IMG/VR virus record: IMGVR_UViG_3300032322_001765
Coordinates: 62,001 to 126,000 of that record
DNA length: 64,000 nucleotides
Strand: one strand, 5' to 3'
In this document: positions 50,381 through 62,300 of the stretch, in pieces
Layout: every line of letters starts with the position of its first letter
How positions within the stretch are numbered: position 1 is the stretch's first letter
Notes under the pieces: model-generated
Databases searched by the model: none
What the model saw: the letters and a program-made list of their open reading frames with translations, nothing else
What the model was told of the DNA's origin: nothing
Program-made: the position numbers and the translations under genes

Positions 50381-53300
50381 ATGTTTTTCAAAGAATTTTT
50401 ATACAAAGCACAAACTCAAACTTTCACCTCCAATAAGCTTTTTACTTGGGGATTAGGCACATCTGGTCAATTAGGCTCTTACGGTGAATCAAATTTATCA
50501 CTAGTACAAGCAAGTGCCGGACAATCACACGTGCTTGCTATTACTAGTGATAGTAGATTGTTATCGTGGGGAGTTAACAGTGATGGTCAATTGGGCGATG
50601 GCACTACTATCAATAAATCTAATCCTGTACAGGTAGGTCAACCTGGTTGGAAAAAAGTAGCAGCAGGATTACTTCATAGTGTTGCAATTAGAAGTGACGG
50701 AACATTATTTTCATGGGGCTCAAATAGCGTTGGTCAATTAGGATTAAATTTAGGAACAGCGGCTACAGCTCGCCGGTCTAATCCAACACAAATTGGTTCA
50801 TTAGCAAACTGGATAGATATAAGTGGTAAAGCAACTACAACAATAGCATTAAATGAAGCTAGAGAACTGTATGCTTGGGGAAATAATAACTTAGGCCAAA
50901 TAGGTGTTAACGACACAATCAATAGATCAAGCCCCGTACAAATTGGAATAGGATTAAGTTGGTATAAAGTTTCTGTTGGTAGTCATGTTATGGGTGTTAC
51001 AGTGACTGGTGAACTATATGGTTGGGGAGCTAATGGGGCTGGTCAATTAGGAATAAATGCAACAAATAATAGAAGTAGCCCAACTCTAGTTGCTAATTCT
51101 GGTTATACTGATGTAAGCATAGGTGAAGGCCATACATTAGGATTAGCGTCAGGTAATTTATTGTTTGCTTGGGGAAATAACCTTGAAGGACAATTGGGTG
51201 ACGGTACAACTATATTAAAATCTAGTCCAGTACAAATAGGTTCAAGTTCTTTTACTTTTATTAGTGCAGCTTCTAGATTTAGTCAAGCAATAAGATTAGA
51301 TGGGGGATTGTTTGCTTGGGGATTAAACACAAGTGGTCAAATTGGAACTAATAATCAAATAGGTAGGTCAAGCCCAGTACAAGTAGGAACGAGTAGTTGG
51401 TCGCTAGTGGCAAGTAGTTTAGTGAGTGGTTGGGTTATAGGAACCACTTCTGACAAAACTGCATATGGATGGGGGGCGAACGGTTCAGGACAATTAGGTA
51501 ATAATACTACCATTACACGATCAAGCCCGACTTTAGTTGCAAGTTCAATTGTTGGTAATTATAGTGTGCCAATACAAGTAGGGACACTTTCATGGAATGC
51601 AATTTCAACTGGGGGTACACATACAATTGCATTAAGAAGTGATAATTTATTATTTGCATGGGGTTTAAACACTTCAGGCCAATTAGGTGACAATACAGCG
51701 ATAAGCAAGTCAAGCCCAGTGCAGATAGGTACAAGTAGTTGGACAGCAGTAACAGCAGGTGAAGCTGATAGTTCTTTTGCCATTAGAAGTGACAATACAT
51801 TATGGACTTGGGGTAACGTTACAACAAACTTAACTGGTGGAAATATATTAACAGAAAGTTGGCAACAGGTAACCAATAATGCAAACAGTTCAATTGGATT
51901 AAGAGCAGACGGTACATTATGGACATGGGGAGAAAATAGTTTTGGTCAAATTGGTAATAATACCACAATTAATAGATCAAGCCCTGTACAAATTGCAAGT
52001 GATAAGAGTTGGTTAAAATTAGGTGAAAATAACAATGTAAATAATGCGGTTGCGGCAATAGACTCAAATTATAAACTTTGGGTATGGGGTCGCAATAACA
52101 CTGGTCAACTAGCCACAGGTGATACGATTAATAGATCAAGTCCTGTATTAGTAATGAGTGATAAAAGCTGGAGTATGGTATCAGCAAGTAAAGGTATTAC
52201 TACTGATGGTAAACTTTGGAGTTGGGGAGCAGGTGCTACCGGTTTAATTGGAGACAACACCACCGTTGATAAATCAAGCCCAGTGCAGTTAAGTGTTGGT
52301 ACAAGTTTTACATTGGTTTCCGGAGCTTCAGACTCTAATCGTCATACATTTGCTATAAGCACAACTGGATTGTTGTATGGTTGGGGATTTAATAACACAG
52401 GACAATTAGGTTTAGGTAATACACTAAACAGATCCCAACCTACTTTATTGGCCTCCCCGTTCGACACGTTTTCGTGGAATTTCGTTAGTGTTGGCGGCAC
52501 TGATGGTACTGGCTCAACAGGTGGCCATACATTAGCTTTAAGAAATGATAATACTTTATATGTTTGGGGATTAAACAACGTAGGACAATTAGGTAATAAT
52601 ACTACTATCAACCGAAGCTCACCATTACAAGTATCATTTGTTAATATTCCACTAAGTTGGGCTACAGTGGCAGCTGCTGCTTCAAGATCAACTGCTTTAG
52701 ATTTTGATGGAAAATTATGGGGTTGGGGTATTAATACGACCTACGGCGCAGTTGGTGACTCTACAACAGTTAACAGATCATCCCCCGTAATATTAACAAG
52801 CACTGGTGTTACTTTTGCAAAAATTACGTCAGGATATTTTCACAGTAATGGAATAAGAGATGATGGATATTTATATGCATGGGGCGCAAATAATTTAGGA
52901 AACTTAGGAAATAATACAACAATTAATAGATCCTCACCGGCACTAATAAGTTCTATTCCAACAAACTTATCAAGTCCAGTGCAACTAGGTGTAGGTAAAT
53001 CAAATTGGAGTGCTATCCATTCTGGAACTTCAACACATGCAGCAATCGATGCGACAGGCGCGTTATACATTTGGGGAAGTAATGCGACAGGTCAATTAGG
53101 AAATAATAGTGTTTTTACTCGAACAGGATTAAGAGTACTTGACAATAATAGTTGGAATAGTGTCAGTGTTGGTGCAAGTCATGTGTTAGCCATACGAAAT
53201 AATAATCAATTGTATGCATGGGGCGGTAATGCAAGTTTTCAAATTGGCGATAATTCCAGTATTAATAAATCAAGTCCGATTCTCATTGATTCGGCTAGCT

Positions 53301-56300
53301 GGCTAAGTGTAAGTGCAGGTATTAACCACTCTCTTGCAATTAAATCCGGGGGAGGTTTATATGCATGGGGTAGTGGTTTATTTGGTCAAACCGGTATTAT
53401 TACAGACATTTATTCTTGGACACAAATAAATGCTGGTACAAACTTTGTTTTAGGTGTAAGACAAGATAGTACATTATGGGGTTATGGACTAAACACTAGT
53501 GGTCAACTAGGAGATAGCACTGCCGCTACAAAATCTAGCCCCACTCAAGTAGGTACGACTAGTTGGAGTAAAATTAGTGCAGGAGGCTCAAATGCACTTG
53601 GTATCACTATAGATGGTAAATTATTTTCTTGGGGTTCTGGATCAACATTTCAACTCGGTGATGGCACAACAATAAACAAATCTAGTCCAGTACAAATAGG
53701 AACCAGTAGCTGGTCACAAATTACTACAGGTACAGCACATAGTTTAGCTATTGACATAAATGGCAGATTATTTGGTTGGGGTACATCTACAGCATTAAAT
53801 GCTAGCACAGCTCCATTTAGTTGGACAGTTGTATCTGAAAATACATCACATGTAGCAGCAGTTCGAAGTGACGGATTGTTGTTTGTATGGGGTCTCAATA
53901 GTTCAGGACAAGTTGGAGACAATACAACTATTAATAAATCAAGTCCAGTACAAATAGGTACAAGTAGTTGGTTAACTGTAAGTAGTGGTGTCGATCATAC
54001 ATTAGCTATAACAAGCGATTATAGATTATTTGCCTGGGGCGGTAACACAGGTTTCCAACTAGGTGATAACACTACTATAAGTAAATCAAGTCCGGTATTA
54101 TTGTCAGGTCCTAGTTGGACAACGGTAGTCGCTGCAAATAGTTATAGTATGGCATTAAAATCTAATAATACATTATGGGCGTGGGGTTTAGGAACTTCAG
54201 GTCAATTAGGTACACTAACTGAACCTAAGTCATGGATAGAATTAAGTGCAGGCAATAGTACAAGTTTAGCGATCCGCAGTGATAATACCTTATGGGGATG
54301 GGGATTAAACACTAGTTTTCAAATTGGAAATGGCGCAAGTGTAACACAATCTAGTCCAGTACAAGTAGATAGTTCATTGAGTTGGATAAAAGTAAGCTCA
54401 GGCAATAATCATGGCTTAGCAATTACTAATACAGGAGTTTTATATGGCTGGGGAACAAATGCTCAAGGTCAAGTCGGGAATAATACATCAGTAAATCGTA
54501 GTTTACCTACCCTAGTTGATTCATCCGGTAGTTGGAGTGTAGTGAGTGCAGGTAACAGTTTCTCATTGGGAATAAAAGAAAATAAATTATACACTTGGGG
54601 ACAAAATAGCTTAGGTCAGTTAGGACAGGGTGATACTATAACAAGATTAAGCCCAACTCAAGTAGGATTGAACAATTGGACTGTAATAACTTCAAGCGAA
54701 ACTAATAATTATGCAGGTGCGATTGATAGTAGTAATAGATTATTTTTATGGGGAGTAAACACTAATTACCAATTAGGTGATGGCACAACAACAAATAGAA
54801 ATAGCCCTGTTGCAGTATTTGCTACTGGTACAAGTAGTTATGTTCAAGTAAGTGTAGGAGCAAGTCATACATTAGCAGTTCAAAGTGATGGCACATTGTG
54901 GGCCTGGGGGTCAAATACAAATTACATATTAGGATTAGGTGATACGAATATACGTTCAATACCAACACAAATGGGTTCAAGTAGTTGGACAAGTGTAAGT
55001 GCAGGAACAGATCATAGTATGGCAATCAAGTCTGACGGCACACTTTGGGGTTGGGGATTTAATCTTTTTGGACAAGTTGGTCTTGCAACAACTGTGTATT
55101 CTTGGACTCAAGTTGCAAACACTGGCCTCACAACACACGCTATTAGAAGTGATGGTTTACTATTTGGCTGGGGTTTAAATACTTCAGGGGAAATAGGGGA
55201 TAACTCGATTATTAATAAATCGAGTCCTGTACAAGTAGGAATCAAAACATGGAAAAAAGTTTATAATTTTACGGCTCTAGTTGGAAATCTTGCTTCTGTA
55301 TTAGCCATTGACAATAACGACAATTTGTTTGCTTGGGGCAATAACACATCCGGAAATTTAGGGGACAATACAGTAATTAGTAGATCCTCACCTGTTGCGG
55401 TGGTGATTAAAGGAACAGGTAGCTATACACAAGTCTTTGTTGGTCCGGCTACAGTTGCAATACAAAATGATGGAACACTTTGGTCATGGGGTGCTGGATC
55501 CTTTGTCGGAGACAACACAACCATTAGTAGATCAAGTCCAGTGCAGATAGGTTCTAGTACATGGTCTGCAGTAGGAGGTGCTTTATCCACTATTGCTGCT
55601 ATAGATGCAACTGGTAGATTATTTACTTGGGGTAACCAATCAGCATCGGGTAGTGGCTCGTTAGGCACAAACGATCTTATAAATAGATCAAGTCCTACAC
55701 TAGTTGCAGGCGCACCAGGTGCATTTAGTTGGACAAGTGTAAGTTCTGGTGGGGCTAATCATGTTTTAGCTATTCGTGAAAATGGAGCTGCGTACGGAAC
55801 GGGTTTAAATGCTCAAGGTCAGTTAGGTGACAACACTGCAACTAGCAAGTCAACTTTTACTTTAGTTTCTGGGACAACAAGTTTTACTCAAGTAAGGTGT
55901 GGATTTAGTTTTACAATAGCATCAGCAAGTGACGGCACGCTTTGGGGTTGGGGGAACAATGATTGGGGGCAACTTACTACTACTTTACCAATTGCTGCTA
56001 ACAGATCAAATCCGGTTCAAATAGTAGCGCCAGGCCCAACAGTGTATTCTACTGGTCAATATAATTTAGCCACAATCTATTCTAATGGTTTATTGTATAA
56101 TCAAGGATACAATTTAAATGGGATGCTAGGAGATGGAACAACAACTAGTAAGTCGCTACCTGTTCAAATCGGAAACAATCCGATCATAAATATATCAGTA
56201 CCCGTACAAATTGGTACCGGCAGCTGGAATCAAGTAAATGCAGGTACTCAATATACATTAGCAAGAGATACTAATAATGTTCTTTATGCTTGGGGTCAGG

Positions 56301-56326
56301 ATACATCAGGACAATTAGGTTTTTAA
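50381..56326 (+). CDS. Giant RCC1/BLIP-II-type beta-propeller repeat protein, part 1 (1981 aa, ~40 blades)
   Basis: Repeats of SW..VSAG..H.LAI..DG.L(F/Y/W).WG.N..GQLG..TT.N(R/K)SSPVQ(I/V)G. Ends in mid-repeat (GQLGF*). Confidence 0.9.
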   Translation: MFFKEFLYKAQTQTFTSNKLFTWGLGTSGQLGSYGESNLSLVQASAGQSHVLAITSDSRLLSWGVNSDGQLGDGTTINKSNPVQVGQPGWKKVAAGLLHSVAIRSDGTLFSWGSNSVGQLGLNLGTAATARRSNPTQIGSLANWIDISGKATTTIALNEARELYAWGNNNLGQIGVNDTINRSSPVQIGIGLSWYKVSVGSHVMGVTVTGELYGWGANGAGQLGINATNNRSSPTLVANSGYTDVSIGEGHTLGLASGNLLFAWGNNLEGQLGDGTTILKSSPVQIGSSSFTFISAASRFSQAIRLDGGLFAWGLNTSGQIGTNNQIGRSSPVQVGTSSWSLVASSLVSGWVIGTTSDKTAYGWGANGSGQLGNNTTITRSSPTLVASSIVGNYSVPIQVGTLSWNAISTGGTHTIALRSDNLLFAWGLNTSGQLGDNTAISKSSPVQIGTSSWTAVTAGEADSSFAIRSDNTLWTWGNVTTNLTGGNILTESWQQVTNNANSSIGLRADGTLWTWGENSFGQIGNNTTINRSSPVQIASDKSWLKLGENNNVNNAVAAIDSNYKLWVWGRNNTGQLATGDTINRSSPVLVMSDKSWSMVSASKGITTDGKLWSWGAGATGLIGDNTTVDKSSPVQLSVGTSFTLVSGASDSNRHTFAISTTGLLYGWGFNNTGQLGLGNTLNRSQPTLLASPFDTFSWNFVSVGGTDGTGSTGGHTLALRNDNTLYVWGLNNVGQLGNNTTINRSSPLQVSFVNIPLSWATVAAAASRSTALDFDGKLWGWGINTTYGAVGDSTTVNRSSPVILTSTGVTFAKITSGYFHSNGIRDDGYLYAWGANNLGNLGNNTTINRSSPALISSIPTNLSSPVQLGVGKSNWSAIHSGTSTHAAIDATGALYIWGSNATGQLGNNSVFTRTGLRVLDNNSWNSVSVGASHVLAIRNNNQLYAWGGNASFQIGDNSSINKSSPILIDSASWLSVSAGINHSLAIKSGGGLYAWGSGLFGQTGIITDIYSWTQINAGTNFVLGVRQDSTLWGYGLNTSGQLGDSTAATKSSPTQVGTTSWSKISAGGSNALGITIDGKLFSWGSGSTFQLGDGTTINKSSPVQIGTSSWSQITTGTAHSLAIDINGRLFGWGTSTALNASTAPFSWTVVSENTSHVAAVRSDGLLFVWGLNSSGQVGDNTTINKSSPVQIGTSSWLTVSSGVDHTLAITSDYRLFAWGGNTGFQLGDNTTISKSSPVLLSGPSWTTVVAANSYSMALKSNNTLWAWGLGTSGQLGTLTEPKSWIELSAGNSTSLAIRSDNTLWGWGLNTSFQIGNGASVTQSSPVQVDSSLSWIKVSSGNNHGLAITNTGVLYGWGTNAQGQVGNNTSVNRSLPTLVDSSGSWSVVSAGNSFSLGIKENKLYTWGQNSLGQLGQGDTITRLSPTQVGLNNWTVITSSETNNYAGAIDSSNRLFLWGVNTNYQLGDGTTTNRNSPVAVFATGTSSYVQVSVGASHTLAVQSDGTLWAWGSNTNYILGLGDTNIRSIPTQMGSSSWTSVSAGTDHSMAIKSDGTLWGWGFNLFGQVGLATTVYSWTQVANTGLTTHAIRSDGLLFGWGLNTSGEIGDNSIINKSSPVQVGIKTWKKVYNFTALVGNLASVLAIDNNDNLFAWGNNTSGNLGDNTVISRSSPVAVVIKGTGSYTQVFVGPATVAIQNDGTLWSWGAGSFVGDNTTISRSSPVQIGSSTWSAVGGALSTIAAIDATGRLFTWGNQSASGSGSLGTNDLINRSSPTLVAGAPGAFSWTSVSSGGANHVLAIRENGAAYGTGLNAQGQLGDNTATSKSTFTLVSGTTSFTQVRCGFSFTIASASDGTLWGWGNNDWGQLTTTLPIAANRSNPVQIVAPGPTVYSTGQYNLATIYSNGLLYNQGYNLNGMLGDGTTTSKSLPVQIGNNPIINISVPVQIGTGSWNQVNAGTQYTLARDTNNVLYAWGQDTSGQLGF

Positions 56327-59300
56327 ATGCCAACGAATTCACCAGTTTTATTAGGAAACAAATTACCATATAATTTACCAGAGCCTCAAAAAGTTGACAA
56401 CAATAGTTGGACACAAGTTAGTGCATTTAACGACTTTACAGTAGGGTTGAGGTCTAACAGTATCTTGTATGCATGGGGCACAAATAATTCTTACCAAATT
56501 GGTGATGGTACTACACTAAACAAATCAACACCAACTCAAATTTCAAATAGTAGTTTCTTAGTGGTAAGTGCGGGCTTTGATCATAGTGCTGCGATTACCA
56601 CTAACAATACACTATTTGTTTGGGGAAACAGTGCTAGTACTTTTGTTCAAACTATTAATTTCTCATGGACTAAAGTTGCAAGTTCAGGTAACCACACATT
56701 AGCTATTCGTAATGATAATACATTATGGACTTGGGGATTAAACACCGCAGGTCAATTAGGTGACGGTACAACTATTAATAAATCAAGTCCAGTACAAATT
56801 GGTTCAGGTACATGGAATGATATTAGTGCAGCAGTAAGTCATTCTGTAGCAATTGACAGTGATTACAAACTTTATGTTTGGGGTCAAAACAATGCCGGAC
56901 AAATAGGCGACAATACATCGATTAACAAATCTAGTCCCGTTCAAATAGGTTCGAATAGTTGGCTACAAGTTGCATCTGGTAATAGTTATACTGTTTCAAT
57001 AAACTCATTAAATGAAATGTTTGCGTGGGGTTTAAACACAAGTTATCAACTTGGGGATAGAACAGTTATTAACAAATCTAGCCCTGTACAAATAGGTTCT
57101 ACTTTTAGTTGGTCAAGTGTCAGTGCAGGCGTAGATCATAGTTTAGCAATAACAACCGATAATCAATTATATATTTGGGGTAATCCAGCTGGTGCAGGTA
57201 TACAAGAACCAACTACAATATATTCATGGACGCAAGTAACCGCAGGTAATATTTACACAACTGCTATTAGAAGTGATGGCAGTCTTTGGACATGGGGTAG
57301 GAACACTGAAGGACAATTAGGTCAAAACAATGTTATACTTCAAAGTAGTCCTGTACAGGTAGGTAATAGTAGTTACACACAAGTATCAGGCAAATGGAGT
57401 CATACAAGTGCAATTAAAGCTGACAGTACAATAATAGGATACGGTAGCAATACATACGGGGAGCTTGGTGATGGCACAACTATTGCAAAATCAAATCCAG
57501 TTACATTATCTTCTAGCTTTACAAACACAAGCTGGACTTCAGTTAGTGCAAGTGTAAATCACACAGCAGCAATTAGAAATGATGGTAGAATTTATATTTG
57601 GGGTTTAAATACATCAGGTCAATTAGGTGACAATACTGCAATAAGCAAATCAAATCCTGTTAGTTTAGCAAGCCCATTTGACACAAGTAGTTGGACACAA
57701 GTAGATTTAGGAAGAGACTTCGCCCTTGCAAGAAGATTAGATGGTAAATTATATGCATGGGGATTTAATGATTTAGGACAATTGGGAATTGTAAATTCTA
57801 CTTTCCCAATTGGTGGCGATACTTTAAACAGAAGCAATCCAGTATTAATCAGTGATAGTAGTTGGATTCAAGTAAGTGCAGGCTTTGATCATAGTTTAGC
57901 TATACGCTCGGACAATACATTGTGGACATGGGGTAGCAGTGTGGCCATAGGATTAGTGACAGAACCAATGTCATGGCTCGCTGTGTCAGGTGGTGCAACA
58001 CACACATTAGGTATAAGAGATAATGGCACGTTATGGACATGGGGTACTAATGATCAAGGTCAATTAGGCAATTCAACAACTGTTATACGCTTAAGCCCAG
58101 TTCAAATCGGATTAACTAGATGGGCAAGTGTAAGTGCAGGTAGTAGTTATTCTCACGCTATTGATCAAGCTGGTTTATTATATGCATGGGGTTTAAATTC
58201 AAGTGGACAGTTAGGCGATAATTCATCGATTAATAAATCAAGCCCAGTACAGATAGGATCTAGCAGCTGGATAGAAGTAACTGATGGGGTTAATCATACA
58301 CTAGCAATTGATGCAGATGGTAGATTATATGGATGGGGTCAATTTACTAGTGGTCAAACAGGTGTATACGACGAAATTTATTCTTGGACACAAATCACTA
58401 GTGGATTGGGATTACGCACAGATGGTACCTTATGGGCTTGGGGGCAATTAACAGGTGATGGTACTACAATTATTAGGTCTAGTCCAGTACAGATAGGGTC
58501 AAGTGATTGGTCCTCAATAGCGCCTATATTTTCTATGATTGATCCAAAAGCTGCATTAAAAACAAACGGTACGCTTTGGATGTGGGGAACTAATGCACTA
58601 GGACAATTAGGACAAAATGATACCATTAATAGAAGTTCACCTGTACAGGTTGCAGGAAGTTGGAATCAAATAAGTGTGCAATCTGGTCATGCTGCTGCAA
58701 GAAATGTAAGCAATATTATCTATACTTGGGGCAAAAATGAAGCAGGCCAATTAGGTGATGGCACTACAATCGATAAATCAAGTCCTGTTTTATTGAGTGG
58801 TGCGTTTGGTACTACTAGTTGGACATCTGTTAGTGTTGGCTGGTCTCATACCGCAGCTTTAAGAAATGATAACATAATTTATATTTGGGGCTGGAACAAT
58901 CAGGGGCAGTTAGGTACTGGTCTTACCACAAGTAGATCCAATCCAGTAACTTTAGACGGAGCATTTGCTACAAGTAGTTTTGTAGCTGTAAGCAGTGGTG
59001 CTTTACACACACTTGCCGTCAGATCCGATAGTAGACTAGTAGCATGGGGATATAATTTAGAAGGTTCTTTGGGTGACAATACAACTATTAATAAGTCAAC
59101 ACCTGTAGTAATTGGAACTAGTAGTTGGTCAGTAGTTACCGCTGCACGAACTAATAATCTAGCAGTCACTACAACAGGCACACTTTGGTTTTGGGGTGCT
59201 GATGGAGGTAGTGGCTCATCAGCTCAAAATGCCACTATTAACAGAAGCGCGCCAACACAAATAGGAGCATTAACTAATTGGGCATCAGCCGGTGTAGTTT

Positions 59301-62300
59301 CAGCAATAAACAATTTAGGTGTGGCATTTGTTTGGGGCTCGGGTGGATCAGCCAACACTTCAAATACCTACTTACTTAATACAACAGTTGACGCATCAAG
59401 CCCCGTGCAAGTTGGCGGATTTAGATGGCCCCCTACGAAATACTATAGTCCACAACAAGTAGGAACAAGTAGTTTTTCTTTAGTAAGTGCAGGTAGTTCT
59501 TATTCAATGGGTATTAACGCAGAGGATTTATTATATGGCTGGGGAGTAAACAATTCAGGTCAGCAAGCAGATGGAACTACAGTAGCAAAATCAAGTCCGG
59601 TACAAATCACAACAAGTAGTTATATTAGTGTAAGTGCTGGATTCGATCATGTACTTGCTATTGCAAGTAATGGAACATTATGGACATGGGGAAATAGTGC
59701 AGCTATAGGATTAGTAGTTCAACCTCAATCGTGGTCAGAAATATCAAGTGGCAGTAGTCATACACTAGCAATACGTAGTGATGGTGCATTATTTGCCTGG
59801 GGTATCGGAACATCCGGTCAATTAGGTAACACTTTAGCAATTTCAAATTCAAGCCCAGTGCAAGTAGGAACAAGCAGTTGGAGTCAAGTTAAAGCCGGAA
59901 CCAACGTTAGTTTAGCAATAGACACAAATAATCGATTGTTTGGATGGGGACTTAATACTTCAGCACAACTTGGCATCGGTGTAATTACAAATAGATCAAG
60001 TCCTGTGCTAATAACTTCTGGAAGTTGGATAGGATTAGCAGCCGGTGGCACACATACATTTGCAATTGATTCAACTAATAAACTTTATGGCTGGGGAAAT
60101 AATGATTCAGGTCAAATCATACCATATGGAAGTTATTTTCCAACAGGCTACAGTCCTGTAAGTGCAGGTGGAGGATTCTTTGCTGCGATAAGAACATCTG
60201 ATTCAGGATTATTACTTTGGGGTAGAAATAACTTTGGTCAATTAGGTCAAGGAAATACAATTGACAGATCCAATCCTATACAGTTAGGTTCAAATAGTTG
60301 GAAACAAGTAGCAGCAGGTACAAGTTTTATTTCTGCTATTAGAAGTGACGACACATTATGGACATGGGGTTTAAACACCTCAGGTCAATTAGGAGATAAC
60401 ACATCAATAAGCAAATCAAGCCCTGTGCAAGTTGCTGGCTCATGGCTTTCAATATCAGGTGGTGCGACCCACGCATTAGGTGTTAAAATAGATAATACTC
60501 TTTGGAGTTGGGGTTCAAACGATGTTGGGCAATTAGGTGATAGTACCGTAGTAAATAAATCTAGTCCAGTACAAATTGGTACTAGAAGTTGGTCAAGTGT
60601 AAACGCTGGAAATAGTTATAGTTTAGCAATCGATACAACAGGTATCGTTTATGGTTGGGGTTGGAATACAAGCGGTCAATTAGGCGACGGCACAACTACG
60701 AATAGAAATTCTCCAGTATTACTAGCATCACCTTTTAATACTACTTCATTTTCTCAAGTCACTGCTGGATTTTCACATTCCTTAGGATTTACTACTTCTG
60801 GTTTATTATATTCATGGGGAGGTAATAGTGTAGGAGAATTAGGTTTAGGTCTTATTACTAGTAGATCAAACCCAACACAAATTACTCAATATTCTGGATT
60901 ATTGCCTCAAAATGGTAGTTGGTCTTTTATTTACGCAGGACAACAAATTTCTACTGCTATCAACAATAATAATTTATATGTTTGGGGATCAGGCGCTAGT
61001 GGACAATTAGGATTAGGCGATACTATTAATAGATCAATACCGGTACAAACAGGTATAGGATATAGTTGGAAAGCTGCTGCACTAGAAGTAGCAACCAATT
61101 TGGGTGCAGGATATTTAAGGTCAGATAATTCAGTTTGGGTTACTGGAAATAATACATTTGGTAACTTAGGCAATAGCACAACTGTTAATAGGTCTGCACC
61201 TGTGATAGTTGGTTCGACAAGCATATCAACTCCAGTACAAGTGGGTACAAGTAGTTGGAGTCAAATTAGCGCAGGTGCAAGTTACAGTGCAGGTATAGAT
61301 AGTTTAGGAAAACTATATACTTGGGGATTAAATAATACCTATCAATTAGGTAATAATACAACAGTCGATAGAAATGACGTTATCAATCAATTAACTAATA
61401 GTAGTTGGACAAGTGTAAGTACTGGTTTGAATCACGTTTTAGCTATAGCATCAAATAATAGTTTACATGCATGGGGATCGGCTGCGGCTGTTGGATTGTC
61501 TAATGTCACCGCACTATCATGGAGTACAATTGCAAGTGGTGGACAATCATCACACCTTGCTGCTATTAGAAGTGATGGTGCATTATTTACTTGGGGTTTA
61601 AACACTAATGGCCAATTAGGTGATGGTACAACAATAAACAAATCAAGTCCAACACAAATAAGCGGAACTATTAGCTGGACTTCGGTAGCAGTAGATTTAT
61701 CAAATACAATGGCTATCAGATTGGGCGGCACTTTATTTGTTTGGGGAGGTAACGCTAGTGGTCAGCTAGGATTAAGTGATACTATTAATAGATCAAATCC
61801 AGTATTGTTAGATTATAATAGTTGGAGTCAAATATCTGTAAACACATCTCATACAGCAGGTATTAGAAGTAATCAACTGTATGTATGGGGAAATAATGTA
61901 AGTGGTCAAATTGGTGACAATACAACCATCAATAAATCAAGTCCTGTACAGGTAACTGGTAGTTGGAATTCAGTTAGCGCCGGCGCTCAATATACTATAG
62001 GTATAAACAATTCTAGTTTATTATTTGTTTGGGGCGTCAACGCTGCCTTCCAATTAGGTACAGGTAACACGGTTAGCAGATCAAGTCCTGTACAGATTGC
62101 AACAGGAACTAGTTATTCAATAATTTCTGCAGGACCAACACATGCGGTTGCAATAGATACAACTAGTAAGCTATGGACATGGGGACAACAATCAAGCGTA
62201 GGGATTGATGTTAATTCATGGACTCAGGTTAGTATAGGTAATCAGTTTGTTCTAGCTATAAGAAATGACGGAAGATTATTTGCTTGGGGAGTCAATTCGT

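Noticed and set aside
3602-56326. Alternative genetic code (TAG/TGA reassignment)
   Set aside because: All genes translate full-length in the standard code, and no in-frame TAG or TGA interrupts conserved domains.
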